A DNA stretch of 64,000 nucleotides from Bacteroidota bacterium (GCA_009919265.1 RGCF01000002.1:11059-75058); one strand, 5' to 3'. Shown: positions 10,606 through 20,996, counted from the first letter of the stretch. Translations and numbers: made by a program. The notes: generated by a model from the letters alone, not told the origin.

Positions 10606-12171
10606 TTACCGATTCAAGAGATTACTTTTCAATGTTTCAAGTGCGGTTCTCACTTTGATATCATGACCAAGATAGTTTTCAATGGTCTGACATGAATGCA
10701 ATACTGTGGTATGATCTCTTCCGCCAAAATGAGCGCCAATGCTCTTCAATGATGTGCCAATCAACATTTTAATGAGATACATCGTCATCTGACGCGCAAT
10801 CACCACTTCATGCTTACGCGTTTTGGCTGAAAGCAATTCAACAGGAATTTGATAATAAGATGACACTTCCATTGCAATGGTGTCCATGCTCAATTGACGA
10901 GCAATAGTTCCTGCAATTCCTTGCACAACTTCTTTGGCAAGATCCAATCCCATTACTCTACTATCAAGTGAAATTTTAGCAATGAGTTTGATCAATGCAC
11001 CTTCCAATTCTCTCACATTGCCATTGATATTTTTTGCAATGTATTCTGCAACTTCTGGCTGAAGATCAAATCCTTCATCTTGTGATTTCTTTTGGAGTAT
11101 AGCCATGCGCATTTCAAAATCAGGCATTTGAATGTCTGCGGAAAGGCCCCATTGAAATCTTGAAATCAAACGTGCATCGATATCGAGCAAATCCTTTGGT
11201 GGTTTGTCACTTGTGAGTACCACTTGCTTGCCCTGCAGATGCAATGCATTGAATGTATGGAAAAAATGATCTTGCGTTTTCTCTTTGCCACCCAAAAACT
11301 GTATGTCATCCACAATCAACACATCAACACTGCGATAAAAGTTTGTGAACTCATTGAGTTTGTTGTTTTGAATAGCATTTACATATTCAAATGTAAAACG
11401 CTCACTATTTGTGTAGAGAACTCTTGCTCCTGCTTTGTGAGCAACGATGAAATTACCGATTGCCTGTGCAAGATGTGTTTTACCTAAACCAGTACCACCA
11501 TAAATAAACAATGGATTGAAATTTGTCTTGCCTGGTCTTTCAGCAACGGCAAATGCTGCTGATGCTGCAAGCTGATTACTTTCTCCACGCACGAAATTAT
11601 CAAACACATATCGTTGATTCAATGCGGAAAGAAATTCAAAATCCGGTTCGGCTTGTTTGCTTTGTGCACTGAATTGAAGAACGGATTGATTTCCGCTTGC
11701 AGGAGTATTTCTCAATGCAGGAATACGAATGGTTCTATCTTCAAGTGAAGTCTCTCCCTTGCTAACAACAACTTCATATCTCAGTGAAGCCACTTCGCCT
11801 GCAACTTGAGATAGAGTTTTTCGAAGGAGATCGCGATAATGTTCTTCAATCCATTCAACAAAGAATTGACTGGGGACTTCAATCGTGAGGGTATTGTCTT
11901 CCCATGTGAGTGGTTTGATGAGTTCAAACCATGTCTTCCACATTTGAGATGAGACATTGTCTCGAATGAGGCGAGACATGCCTTCCCAATATTCTATTGC
12001 TTCAGGACTTCGCTGTCGTAAAGATTGCCCTAATTCACCGGCTGCCAAATTATTGGCATCACTGGATTGTTTTTTTACAATATCGGGACGGGATTGTTTG
12101 GCTCCCGGAAATAAATCAATAGTGTCGCGTTTTCTAGCCAAGAGGATACTCCTTTTCCAAATAGCTGTCAA
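10606..12171 (-). CDS. dnaA: Chromosomal replication initiator protein DnaA
   Basis: AAA+ Walker A 'GGTGLGKTHL', Walker B 'LIVDDIQFL', and C-terminal DNA-binding 'HTTVLHS'. The ORF-track start is a TTG, and the roughly 55-aa N-terminal extension makes the exact start uncertain. Confidence 0.95.
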   Translation of the reverse strand: MTAIWKRSILLARKRDTIDLFPGAKQSRPDIVKKQSSDANNLAAGELGQSLRQRSPEAIEYWEGMSRLIRDNVSSQMWKTWFELIKPLTWEDNTLTIEVPSQFFVEWIEEHYRDLLRKTLSQVAGEVASLRYEVVVSKGETSLEDRTIRIPALRNTPASGNQSVLQFSAQSKQAEPDFEFLSALNQRYVFDNFVRGESNQLAASAAFAVAERPGKTNFNPLFIYGGTGLGKTHLAQAIGNFIVAHKAGARVLYTNSERFTFEYVNAIQNNKLNEFTNFYRSVDVLIVDDIQFLGGKEKTQDHFFHTFNALHLQGKQVVLTSDKPPKDLLDIDARLISRFQWGLSADIQMPDFEMRMAILQKKSQDEGFDLQPEVAEYIAKNINGNVRELEGALIKLIAKISLDSRVMGLDLAKEVVQGIAGTIARQLSMDTIAMEVSSYYQIPVELLSAKTRKHEVVIARQMTMYLIKMLIGTSLKSIGAHFGGRDHTTVLHSCQTIENYLGHDIKVRTALETLKSNLLNR

Positions 12172-12818
12172 GAACTATTCGTGACTATCATGCATGAAAT
12201 GATTTTCACAAATTGATTCATTGACTGTTGAGCTGAGATTGCACGAACTGCCTGTTCGCGCTTATACCACAACAAATGAACGTGCTTTGATGATTAAAAG
12301 TCAAATAATTGGGGAATGACTTCAATACATCTTGCCGGGCTTGTACCGAGGGGAAATCGGCATCTTCGAAACAGTGAAGGATAATCCTAGAGCGGGGTTG
12401 AATATATCCAGTCGATCATAATCTGTTCTTTGTGCAAAACCGGGATGCAAAAATGAAAAATTTTTCCACATAGAAGCAACAATTAATTTTCATTTTCAAA
12501 AAAAAATTTCTTGCTTTTTTAGGAACTAAAAAAAGAGCACGAATTCATCTACTTTTTAAACCCTTCAATCCCCTCCTATTAGCATGAAATCAGGGGTCAC
12601 ACTTTGATAGGCAAGATATTATCAGGTATTGGGGGCATTTTTCTCAAAATGGATTCAATATCCAATAATGAGGATGATTGTTGCTGATTTAGATGAACCA
12701 TACAACCCTTGTCGTTGGTCAACAGTGTGTATTATCGTATTTTTGAAATGGTTGATGCCTCATATACCCTTTTTTCTCTAGTGTTCTTCTTCTTTCATGC
12801 TTTTCACCGGATATACAT
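12172..12818. promoter_or_regulatory. 647-bp non-coding dnaA/tatC divergent intergenic region; candidate oriC and promoter region
   Basis: Longest non-coding stretch in the window. AT-rich tract about 12441-12535. DnaA-box-like TTTTCCACA (12462-12470, 1 mismatch) and TGTGTATTA (12726-12734, 2 mismatches). TATTTTTG -7 box at 12738-12745. Confidence 0.3.
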
Positions 12819-13574
12819 ATGGCCAAGAACCCTGCCGGTGAGCAGTTTGAAATGAGTTTCTTTGATCATCTTGAAGAATTACGCCGCCGAATTGTCCTTG
12901 CGGCACTTGGAGTATTGGTTGGATGCATTCTGGCAGGTGTTTTCGTAGATCAACTCATGAATTGGGTGCTACTTCAACCTGCAGCTTCAGTGAATCTTGA
13001 ATTACAAAATCTTCGCCCTTTCGGACAAGCTTTTCTCTTCTTTAAAGTTATAATTATGGCGGGATTGATAGTTTCCATGCCATTTACCCTCTTTCAACTG
13101 TGGAAATTCATAGCCCCTGGTTTATATGACAAGGAGCGTCGCTGGGCAGGGAAAATCACATTTTATACCTCATTTTGTTTTTTGTCAGGCGTAGCATTTG
13201 CTTATTGGATCATGATCCCCGTGATGCTTTCTTTTACAGCATCTTTTGGGTCAACATTGATTAAAAACAGCATAGATGTGACTGAGTATTTTAGCTTCAT
13301 TACCACAACCCTTCTAAGCGCGGGTTTGATCTTCGAACTCCCCATGATTGCATATATCCTTTCAAGCATTGGCATAATTACCCCGGAAATGCTCAGAAAG
13401 TATCGAAGGCATGCCATTGTGGTGATTTTGGTATTGGCGGCTGCCCTCACTCCAAGCACCGACCCGGTTAGTCAATTGGTCTTTGCCGCACCTCTTTGGG
13501 TTCTCTATGAACTAAGCATAGTCGTTACTGTGTTTGCTCGTAAAAAGAAAGAACCCGAATCAACAATTCCGTAA
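12819..13574 (+). CDS. tatC: Twin-arginine translocase subunit TatC
   Basis: 251 aa, 6 TM segments. Carries 'FFDHLEELRRRI'. Confidence 0.9.
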   Translation: MAKNPAGEQFEMSFFDHLEELRRRIVLAALGVLVGCILAGVFVDQLMNWVLLQPAASVNLELQNLRPFGQAFLFFKVIIMAGLIVSMPFTLFQLWKFIAPGLYDKERRWAGKITFYTSFCFLSGVAFAYWIMIPVMLSFTASFGSTLIKNSIDVTEYFSFITTTLLSAGLIFELPMIAYILSSIGIITPEMLRKYRRHAIVVILVLAAALTPSTDPVSQLVFAAPLWVLYELSIVVTVFARKKKEPESTIP

Positions 13575-13581
13575 TTATTCC

Positions 13582-14556
13582 ATGTCAATTACTAAAATCA
13601 GTAGCGTTGTCAATCATCATCTTGAGGCATTTCACCCTTATTTCAAGGAACAAATGCGCACTGATGTGCCATTGCTCAATCTTGTGCTACGCTATATTTT
13701 ACGCCAAAGAGGCAAAAGGGTGCGTCCCACTCTTGTTTTTTTGAGTGCTGAATTATGTGGAGGGGCAAAGCAAAGGACATTTGTCGGAGCATCCATGGTG
13801 GAATTATTGCATACGGCAACGCTTGTTCATGATGATGTCGTTGATGATGCAGCTGAAAGACGCGGAATGCCTTCCATCAATGCACTTTGGAAAAACAAAG
13901 CATCTGTTCTTGTTGGTGATTATCTCCTATCTCGAGGACTTCATATTGCCGTAGATCATGATGAATTTGCTTTTCTAAAAGCAACGAGTAAAGCAGTGCA
14001 AAGGATGAGCGAAGGTGAGTTATTGCAAATGCAGAAAAGTAGACAGTTAAATATTGACGAAGCGACATATTTCAAAATCATTGCAGATAAAACTGCATCT
14101 CTTATTAGCACATGCTGTGAAATTGGCGCCCGAAGTGCTATTCAAGACGAAGAGAAAATTCAACATATCACAAGATTTGGAGAATTGGTTGGATTGGCAT
14201 TTCAAATTCGAGATGATCTACTCGATTATGTGAGTAGAACCAATCTCATAGGAAAACCCTATGCTAATGATTTAAAAGAAAAGAAAATTACACTTCCTTT
14301 AATATATGCTTTGAGAACTGCACCAAAATCCAATGCATCTTCAATTGTGGGAATGATAAAAAAAGGGAATCTCCAATCTTCGGAAATAACGCATATCATG
14401 ACATTCGTAAAGGATCAAGGAGGTATCGATTATGCCCAAAGCAAGGCAGAGGAATTAGTTGAAGAAGCAATCTCATTGCTTGATATTTTTCCAGATTCAA
14501 TCTATAAATCATCACTAAAAGATTTTGCGCATTTTGTTGTTGATAGAAAATCTTGA
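13582..14556 (+). CDS. Polyprenyl diphosphate synthase (IspB-like)
   Basis: Two Asp-rich motifs, 'LVHDDVVDD' and 'FQIRDDLLD'. The ATG at 13582 avoids overlap with tatC. Confidence 0.85.
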   Translation: MSITKISSVVNHHLEAFHPYFKEQMRTDVPLLNLVLRYILRQRGKRVRPTLVFLSAELCGGAKQRTFVGASMVELLHTATLVHDDVVDDAAERRGMPSINALWKNKASVLVGDYLLSRGLHIAVDHDEFAFLKATSKAVQRMSEGELLQMQKSRQLNIDEATYFKIIADKTASLISTCCEIGARSAIQDEEKIQHITRFGELVGLAFQIRDDLLDYVSRTNLIGKPYANDLKEKKITLPLIYALRTAPKSNASSIVGMIKKGNLQSSEITHIMTFVKDQGGIDYAQSKAEELVEEAISLLDIFPDSIYKSSLKDFAHFVVDRKS

Positions 14557-14558
14557 AT

Positions 14559-16133
14559 TCACGAGATTACTATCAGATGCTCTCCCCTATCAGCTTGCTT
14601 CATTTCCAATAAAACACCTCTCAATCCTTGAATCCCTAGTTTTGATTCAATGGCCACACTGCTTAATACCCTTTCCTGTAAATGATTATTTGGATATAAC
14701 CAATTATGTGCTTCATGGGCTTTGAGGAATAATTGATCGTGTTTTTTCTTTAAACCCGAGGTCATTTTTTTCTGCAGATTTTCCAATTGCTTTTCTATTC
14801 CATGCTCTGTTGCAGAAACAGCACCTTGCAATGAAGGGTCTATTGAATTGGCAAAGTGTTGAATGGTTCCAATCGAAGTTGCGATAGCAGATCTTAATTC
14901 ATTAAATGATGCATCGATCTCATCATCATGAGCAAATTTTTCAGACAATTCTTGTTCTATTTCATTCATTGTTTTGAAAAAGCTTTGCACATTCAAATCA
15001 TATTTATTTACATATTTTTCAATCGAAGGTGGTATCACCGTGCTTGAATGTCGCGAAAAGAGGCTAGGCATCTGAATTGCATAAGTTGTATAAGCATGAG
15101 GCAATTGAGCCATATACTTAGCTTCACCTGGTCCAACAATCATTGCAATCGTTGGTAGAATTGAATCTTGAATGAGAGGTCTCAATAACACATTCGGTGA
15201 GAATTGATTGTTATGTTCTTTGAAGAATTGTTCCATGTCAGATATAGAAAATACTCGCTCGCCAATTCTTCTTGTCGTCTCATCAATATATTCTACTTTC
15301 AATCTATTGCCATTTTCATCATGGTAAAATGCATTGATCATACCAGCTTCAGATTGAATTGGAAGGTTCTTATGTGCTAATTCATCATTTGCTATATCGA
15401 CACAAGACTTAAGTTTCCCGGGATTGGAAAGTTCATCATAAAGTAACTCTGAAAATAACCCCAATGTTCTCGCTTTGGAAGCAGAGAAAAATAACAGGCC
15501 ATGTTCACTACATCGATGATGCATGAGTGTAAGAAATGCGGTTGACCAAGAAATTCCTGGGCGATATATCTCTTGCAACTCCTGAACAATTGATTGTCCA
15601 TATTCAGTATTTGGCAATAGTGTAGATATATGTTGTATGATGTTGCTGATATCTTCGGAGAATGTCCGTTCCGAGACAGACATCCTAGATTGCAATATCT
15701 CAAGTTCATCACAACCTATTGAGTGCAATGCACCATTCGAATCGATGATAGTACCAATTCCGGCTTCCATGCCATCGTGATCATTATCTTCAATCCAAAA
15801 AACAGGAATAACAGGACTTTCATCTGTTGAATAAGATTCTGCGATGGAAACACATGTGATTGCTTTATAGAGAGAATAGAGAGGCCCACCCAAAAATCCG
15901 GGCTGTTGTCCTGTAATGACAATGCTTGCCGTTCCTGATGATAATGCATTCAAGTGTGCTTGCTGAATGTCAGAAAGGTGCAGACTCGACATTGTTGCTT
16001 TTATAACATCTGCAGATTGTTGACCCAATATCTTCGAACGCTCCTTGGATGCATGATGAATAGAAGAACTATTCACTGCATGTTCTAGTGACATTCCAGC
16101 AATCTCTTGAAATGGTATAGTCTGCTTGATCAT
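14559..16133 (-). CDS. bshC: Bacillithiol biosynthesis cysteine-adding enzyme BshC
   Basis: 524 aa. 'ITGQQPGFLGGPLYSLYK' and 'PVFWIEDNDHD' match the BshC/YllA signature. A 4-nt overlap with the ribE stop suggests an operon. Confidence 0.8.
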   Translation of the reverse strand: MIKQTIPFQEIAGMSLEHAVNSSSIHHASKERSKILGQQSADVIKATMSSLHLSDIQQAHLNALSSGTASIVITGQQPGFLGGPLYSLYKAITCVSIAESYSTDESPVIPVFWIEDNDHDGMEAGIGTIIDSNGALHSIGCDELEILQSRMSVSERTFSEDISNIIQHISTLLPNTEYGQSIVQELQEIYRPGISWSTAFLTLMHHRCSEHGLLFFSASKARTLGLFSELLYDELSNPGKLKSCVDIANDELAHKNLPIQSEAGMINAFYHDENGNRLKVEYIDETTRRIGERVFSISDMEQFFKEHNNQFSPNVLLRPLIQDSILPTIAMIVGPGEAKYMAQLPHAYTTYAIQMPSLFSRHSSTVIPPSIEKYVNKYDLNVQSFFKTMNEIEQELSEKFAHDDEIDASFNELRSAIATSIGTIQHFANSIDPSLQGAVSATEHGIEKQLENLQKKMTSGLKKKHDQLFLKAHEAHNWLYPNNHLQERVLSSVAIESKLGIQGLRGVLLEMKQADRGEHLIVIS

Positions 16134-16771
16134 AAATTTGGTTGATCCATCAATGAATCATAAGCGGAAGATGTCTGTTGCTTCAATGCTACCATATTTT
16201 CAACATACTTTGCCAATATGTCAAATTCAATATTGACTTGTGCATTGACAGTCAGCTTGCCGATAGTTGTAACAGCCAATGTATGCGGAATAATTGCAAG
16301 CATGCATGTATTATTATGAATTCGGGCCACCGTTAAGCTCACACCATTGATACAAATCGAACCAACTGGAACAACGTATTTTTTATATTGATCAGGAAAT
16401 GTGATCCATAATTCCCAGCCACCACCGGAAACAGTTTTGATTTCATGTACATGGCCAACGCAATCTACATGACCTTGCACTATATGACCACCCAGTCTGT
16501 CCGACAATTGCAATGCTCTTTCCAGATTTATCGCATCACCAACTTTTAATGAGCCCAATGTAGTTTTCATCAATGTTTCTCGGACTGAATCAACACGAAA
16601 CTCTTCGCTATGCACAGCGATGACAGTTTGGCATGCGCCATTGACAGAAATTGAATCATCGATTGAAAGATCAGACATTACATTCTTACATTTTATTGAC
16701 AATGTCAGACCGCTGCCTTTCTGTTCAATCTTTGATATAGTTCCTACTTCTTCAATCAATCCTGTAAACAT
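16130..16771 (-). CDS. ribE: Riboflavin synthase
   Basis: Canonical 'MFTGLIEEVG' N-terminus (the ORF-track start at 16789 is 6 codons upstream). Internal duplication visible ('GGHIVQGHVD'). Confidence 0.9.
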   Translation of the reverse strand: MFTGLIEEVGTISKIEQKGSGLTLSIKCKNVMSDLSIDDSISVNGACQTVIAVHSEEFRVDSVRETLMKTTLGSLKVGDAINLERALQLSDRLGGHIVQGHVDCVGHVHEIKTVSGGGWELWITFPDQYKKYVVPVGSICINGVSLTVARIHNNTCMLAIIPHTLAVTTIGKLTVNAQVNIEFDILAKYVENMVALKQQTSSAYDSLMDQPNL

Positions 16772-16816
16772 ACTTTTTGCCTTTATCATTGAATCACATA
16801 CAAAAGTACTGAATCC

Positions 16817-19021
16817 TTAGAATTGAGCTCGCATCCCAAGGTAGAACATTTGATTATCCAAAACCCCCCAAACTAGTGATGCATCAAACAAATTGCTCTT
16901 GGGTTGATCCGGAGAAATTACGACATGGTTCTGCAAGGTATTCGTAATATTTTCAGCACCGAGATATATATCAAATGCAGGAGTTCTCCATGAAACTTGA
17001 GCATTGAGTCTAGTAAAGGAAGGATAAACATCCTGCATCCTATAACCATCTGGATTAGCCATCGTTGAAGGCAATCTTCCTTCGCCATTCCACATTCCTG
17101 TGATATCGCATTGGACTTTATCTTGTAGGAATGATTGAGAGAGTGTCAGCAAAGCTCTATGTGGACTCACCATAATTCTTCTCTGCATTTTATGATCACT
17201 CATTTGCCATATGTCATTGAATCGCCAGGCAATATTCATTTTACATCCTTCCCAAGGCAGCAATTGCATTTGCATCATGAGTGAGGTTGCGTAGGCCATT
17301 GAATCATTCACAATTCGAAGTGTTCTTGGGGAAACATCAAAATCTGTATTGATTTGATTTTGAAAACGAGTCTGATACAATTCAGTGTCAAACGTTATTG
17401 GCATTCCCATGAACATAGTTGAATATGTAATCGAACCTCCATAATTCCATGCTTTTTCAGGATTCAAAATGGAATCAATTTGAATAGTTCGATTATTCAC
17501 AAATGCAGACATATTATCTGTAAAGATATTTGCAACTCTCATTCCACTTCCAGCAGACATGCGAATACTAATGGATTCCACAGGAGAATATTTTAGATGC
17601 ATTCTTGGCGTGATGATTGTCCCAAACAGATTATGAATATCGATGCGCAAACCTGCAACGATTGTTAATGTTTCCAACGGAGTATATGTATCTTCTGCAA
17701 ATATTCCAGGAACAGATTCAATTCTCTTTTTATCCATTCCGAACAATTGCTCATCAAAAGCATCATACATATAGGAAAGGCCATACCATAATTTATGATC
17801 ATCATTCAATTGTTTTACTGCTATGGATTTGATAAATCCACTTTGTTGTTCTCCGGAATAATCCCTAATTCCGAATGAACTATGCATGATATGCTGAGAT
17901 CCTGCCAATTGAATCGCGAATGATTCTGCAAATGAGTTCTCCAATTCGAGAAATCCAATTTTTCCCATGAATTCTCTTCTGTCTATATGCGTGGTACTCT
18001 CAAAGATTCCTTGCAATGCATTGGATTTTTTGAAATCAGATGTCATTCCGCCTCTATGTTCATCATCAACATATCTGGCAAGAAATTGATATTCAATATT
18101 GTCTGCCATATATTCCATCCGGAATGTTCCATTGAGTTTATCAAATAATGGCATATCGATATATCCATCATGATTTCCATCCATTTCATGGTTGAATGTG
18201 CTCCCATGGAGCATAATCATTGCATAGAGACCATTAATTGGCTCAATTGCGGATGCAATGTTTAATTCATAACGATTCATTTGATTTGCATAGGCATTCA
18301 CAAATAATCGAGGTGACATAATTGGCTTTAGCATTTCGATATTGATGAGTCCTGCAACACCTTCATATCCATTCATTACTGAAGCAGCGCCTTTCGATAT
18401 ACTAATTGACTCAAGGAATGCTCCGGGTATCAGGTCCATACCATATGGCAATGCCAAACCTTTCATGCCTGGCACAGCTTCCAACAATTGCTGCGTATAC
18501 ATTCCTTTTAGACCAAGCAGCTGAATCACTTTTGCGCCGGTTGCGGCATCTGCATACGACACTTCAACAGAAGGACTTCGTTCAAAAGATTCTGCAAGAG
18601 AGCAACATGCGGATTCTCTGAGTTGTCTTGATGATATTTTTTCTGTTTTAATTTCTGCTTTGGAAATTGATTGCAAACCTGTTTCTTCAACTACAACCGT
18701 CTGTGACCTTGCATCAGGTTGGAGAAGTATAATTAATTGTTTGCCCGTCCGGTCAATTGCGATAGTGTCTTTGGCATAACCGACAGATGATATGATGATG
18801 TCGGTTTGAAGTGGAGAAGTTCGTGTAATGATAAATTGTCCTTGCTGATCAGCACGAACTCCACTATTTGAATTCTTCCACATGATGGTTGCACCCGGGA
18901 GTCTAGCATTATCTATTGCACTAGACACAATTCCACGTATTGTATCTTGTTGAGAATACATGGATGGTACAATAAAAGAAAGTAGGCATGCACAAAGCAT
19001 GAGTTTGATGAATCTATTCAT
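16817..19021 (-). CDS. TonB-dependent receptor with an N-terminal carboxypeptidase-regulatory-like domain
   Basis: 734 aa with a signal peptide. 'GIVSSAIDNARLPGATI' is CarboxypepD_reg-like. Has a plug region and a C-terminal beta-barrel ending in F. Confidence 0.85.
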   Translation of the reverse strand: MNRFIKLMLCACLLSFIVPSMYSQQDTIRGIVSSAIDNARLPGATIMWKNSNSGVRADQQGQFIITRTSPLQTDIIISSVGYAKDTIAIDRTGKQLIILLQPDARSQTVVVEETGLQSISKAEIKTEKISSRQLRESACCSLAESFERSPSVEVSYADAATGAKVIQLLGLKGMYTQQLLEAVPGMKGLALPYGMDLIPGAFLESISISKGAASVMNGYEGVAGLINIEMLKPIMSPRLFVNAYANQMNRYELNIASAIEPINGLYAMIMLHGSTFNHEMDGNHDGYIDMPLFDKLNGTFRMEYMADNIEYQFLARYVDDEHRGGMTSDFKKSNALQGIFESTTHIDRREFMGKIGFLELENSFAESFAIQLAGSQHIMHSSFGIRDYSGEQQSGFIKSIAVKQLNDDHKLWYGLSYMYDAFDEQLFGMDKKRIESVPGIFAEDTYTPLETLTIVAGLRIDIHNLFGTIITPRMHLKYSPVESISIRMSAGSGMRVANIFTDNMSAFVNNRTIQIDSILNPEKAWNYGGSITYSTMFMGMPITFDTELYQTRFQNQINTDFDVSPRTLRIVNDSMAYATSLMMQMQLLPWEGCKMNIAWRFNDIWQMSDHKMQRRIMVSPHRALLTLSQSFLQDKVQCDITGMWNGEGRLPSTMANPDGYRMQDVYPSFTRLNAQVSWRTPAFDIYLGAENITNTLQNHVVISPDQPKSNLFDASLVWGVLDNQMFYLGMRAQF

Positions 19022-19075
19022 ATGTCACATAAAGAATGTTGAATATTATTGAATCAATAACTGTTCAATCACATT

Positions 19076-19477
19076 CTATATTCTGAATATGCAGATTCCT
19101 TCAGGTTCAAAGAATAGTGAAGATGAGGAAGGAAAATAACAGTAAGAACCAACATGAAATGCACGTTTTCTTGGCAATTGAATACTTAATTCTTGGCTAT
19201 GCAAGAGTTTGATGAGCGGGGAGAACAATACGATTGATATTGTTTGGGGGATTCCCTCAAGATTCATGGCGGTATCAATAAGTTCATCGCCACAACATGC
19301 AGGAATATCAATGGAAATCTGAGAAGATGGTTCCATGCAACATTCATCCTCATGTTGCAAAGAGAATGAAATAGATTCTATCTCGCCACAGCAATGATGA
19401 ACAAGCAATGGAGTGCCGCTTATTGTCAGGAAAGAAATAAGGAGAAGTACAATTGCTATGGATTTAGTGTGCTTCAT
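19076..19477 (-). CDS. Small secreted cysteine-doublet protein, putative metal-binding
   Basis: 133 aa with a signal peptide and three acid-flanked CC doublets ('HHCCGE', 'ECCME', 'ACCGDE'). Its start overlaps the stop of the upstream CNNM gene by 4 nt. Confidence 0.5.
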   Translation of the reverse strand: MKHTKSIAIVLLLISFLTISGTPLLVHHCCGEIESISFSLQHEDECCMEPSSQISIDIPACCGDELIDTAMNLEGIPQTISIVLFSPLIKLLHSQELSIQLPRKRAFHVGSYCYFPSSSSLFFEPEGICIFRI

Positions 19478-20574
19478 TCATCATCCGAGTCTAAATCATC
19501 TTCAGATATGTCTTGTTTAATGTGAATATCTCGTTCTTGATATTCAGCAACGCGTTTGTCTCTTCTAGACTTTGCGAGTTCTCGTAAATCAACTATTCTA
19601 TCAGCTTCATCAACAATTTCAGTACCTAACATGGTTTCAAGTACATCTTCCATTGTGACAAGACCTTCAATGCCTCCATATTCATCCACCACGATAAACA
19701 TATGTTGTCTTCCCTGAAGAAATTGCTCCAATGCCTTTTCAAGCGTAGCATTATCCGGGATGAAATTCGCTTGTCGAACAAGTCTATCCATGGTACGATT
19801 TCTTCTTCCATCCAAAGCAGCTCTTAGCACATCTTTTGTGAGGGCATATCCGATAATACCATCTGTCGAGTCGCCTTCCCAAACCGGAAATCTGGAGTAC
19901 ATCTGTAATTCCGATAATAATGCCACTTCAGCAACAGTCATGGTTGACTGAACACTAAATACAACCGACCTTGGCGTCATGATATCAGCAACACGAATTT
20001 CGCTGAAATTCATGATACTTTTGAAAATGCGATATTCTCCATCATCGAGCGTGCCTTCTTCTCGAGCTGTATCAACCAATGCATCAAATTCTTCTCTTTG
20101 TTCGGATTCAGTCAAAGGTGGATTCAACAATGTACCAAGTCGTACAAGGAGAAAACTCAATGGATAAAACACAAATGATAATATTCTCAAATACAAAAAA
20201 GTAGTTGTAGTCAATCGTTCTGCATAGCGCTCGCCAATTGCAGAAAAAAGCGTTTTTATTACAATTACCAATACGAGAGAAATCAGCAATGTAGGGATTT
20301 CCACGAGGGGCTTTTCAAGACCGGAAGCTGTCCAGAGTAGTGTAAATGCACCCAATAGGAGCAAAAGCAATGCATCCATGACAAGTAGTGCAATACGAGC
20401 ATGTGCTGCATTTGTTGATCGCATGCGAATGAGGAATCCTGCCTTGTCTGGCTTAATTGCTTCAAATGCATCAAGAAATTGAGGTGTCAATTCAGTCAAA
20501 GCTGATCGAGAAAGAGCATTGATGGCTATAACGATGAAGCAAATAATTAATAAGGACAGTTCAAGAAACATCAT
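19474..20574 (-). CDS. CNNM/CorC-family transporter (DUF21 membrane domain plus CBS pair)
   Basis: 366 aa. Four N-terminal TM segments, then the CBS pair ('IMTPRSVVFSV...' and 'VVDEYGGIEGLVTMEDVLE'). Has an acidic C-terminal tail and no CorC_HlyC domain. Confidence 0.8.
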   Translation of the reverse strand: MMFLELSLLIICFIVIAINALSRSALTELTPQFLDAFEAIKPDKAGFLIRMRSTNAAHARIALLVMDALLLLLLGAFTLLWTASGLEKPLVEIPTLLISLVLVIVIKTLFSAIGERYAERLTTTTFLYLRILSFVFYPLSFLLVRLGTLLNPPLTESEQREEFDALVDTAREEGTLDDGEYRIFKSIMNFSEIRVADIMTPRSVVFSVQSTMTVAEVALLSELQMYSRFPVWEGDSTDGIIGYALTKDVLRAALDGRRNRTMDRLVRQANFIPDNATLEKALEQFLQGRQHMFIVVDEYGGIEGLVTMEDVLETMLGTEIVDEADRIVDLRELAKSRRDKRVAEYQERDIHIKQDISEDDLDSDDE

Positions 20575-20743
20575 TCAGGTTCTCATGTGGGACATCACAA
20601 GCATTTGATTCTCAATGAATTGCAATGCTATTCAGAGACAAATACATGACAAAACTACCAAAAAAACAAGAGCCGAATGGCTTACCTGCTCTTAAAAACC
20701 TATGCAAAAGCGCTTAATCAAGTCATTCATACCGAAAAAACAG

Positions 20744-20775
20744 TTTGTTTATTCGGAAAATTGCCCATAATTTTG
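20744..20775 (+). promoter_or_regulatory. Bacteroidetes-type promoter for the tRNA-Ala/tRNA-Asp pair
   Basis: TTTG at 20744-20747, a 20-nt spacer, then TAATTTTG at 20768-20775. This lies 18 nt upstream of the tRNA. Confidence 0.55.
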
Positions 20776-20792
20776 CTGTTCGCGTTTGCAAC

Positions 20793-20865
<73 letters not shown>

Positions 20866-20882
20866 CATTCAAAAGTAAATTT

Positions 20883-20956
20883 GGGATCGTAGCTCAGCTG
20901 GTTAGAGCGCTGCCCTGTCAAGGCAGAGGTCGCGAGTTCGAGCCTCGTCGGTCCCG
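20883..20956 (+). tRNA. tRNA-Asp (GTC)
   Basis: Cloverleaf folded by hand. Anticodon loop CUGUCAA, discriminator G, T-loop GTTCGAGCC. Confidence 0.9.
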
Positions 20957-20962
20957 CAGAAG

Positions 20963-20996
20963 CCCGCACTTCTTTGAAGAGCGGGTTTTTTATTTT
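20963..20996 (+). terminator. Rho-independent terminator after the tRNA pair
   Basis: cccgcacttc (20963-20972) pairs with gaagagcggg (20976-20985) with one mismatch, followed by a T-run. Confidence 0.7.
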
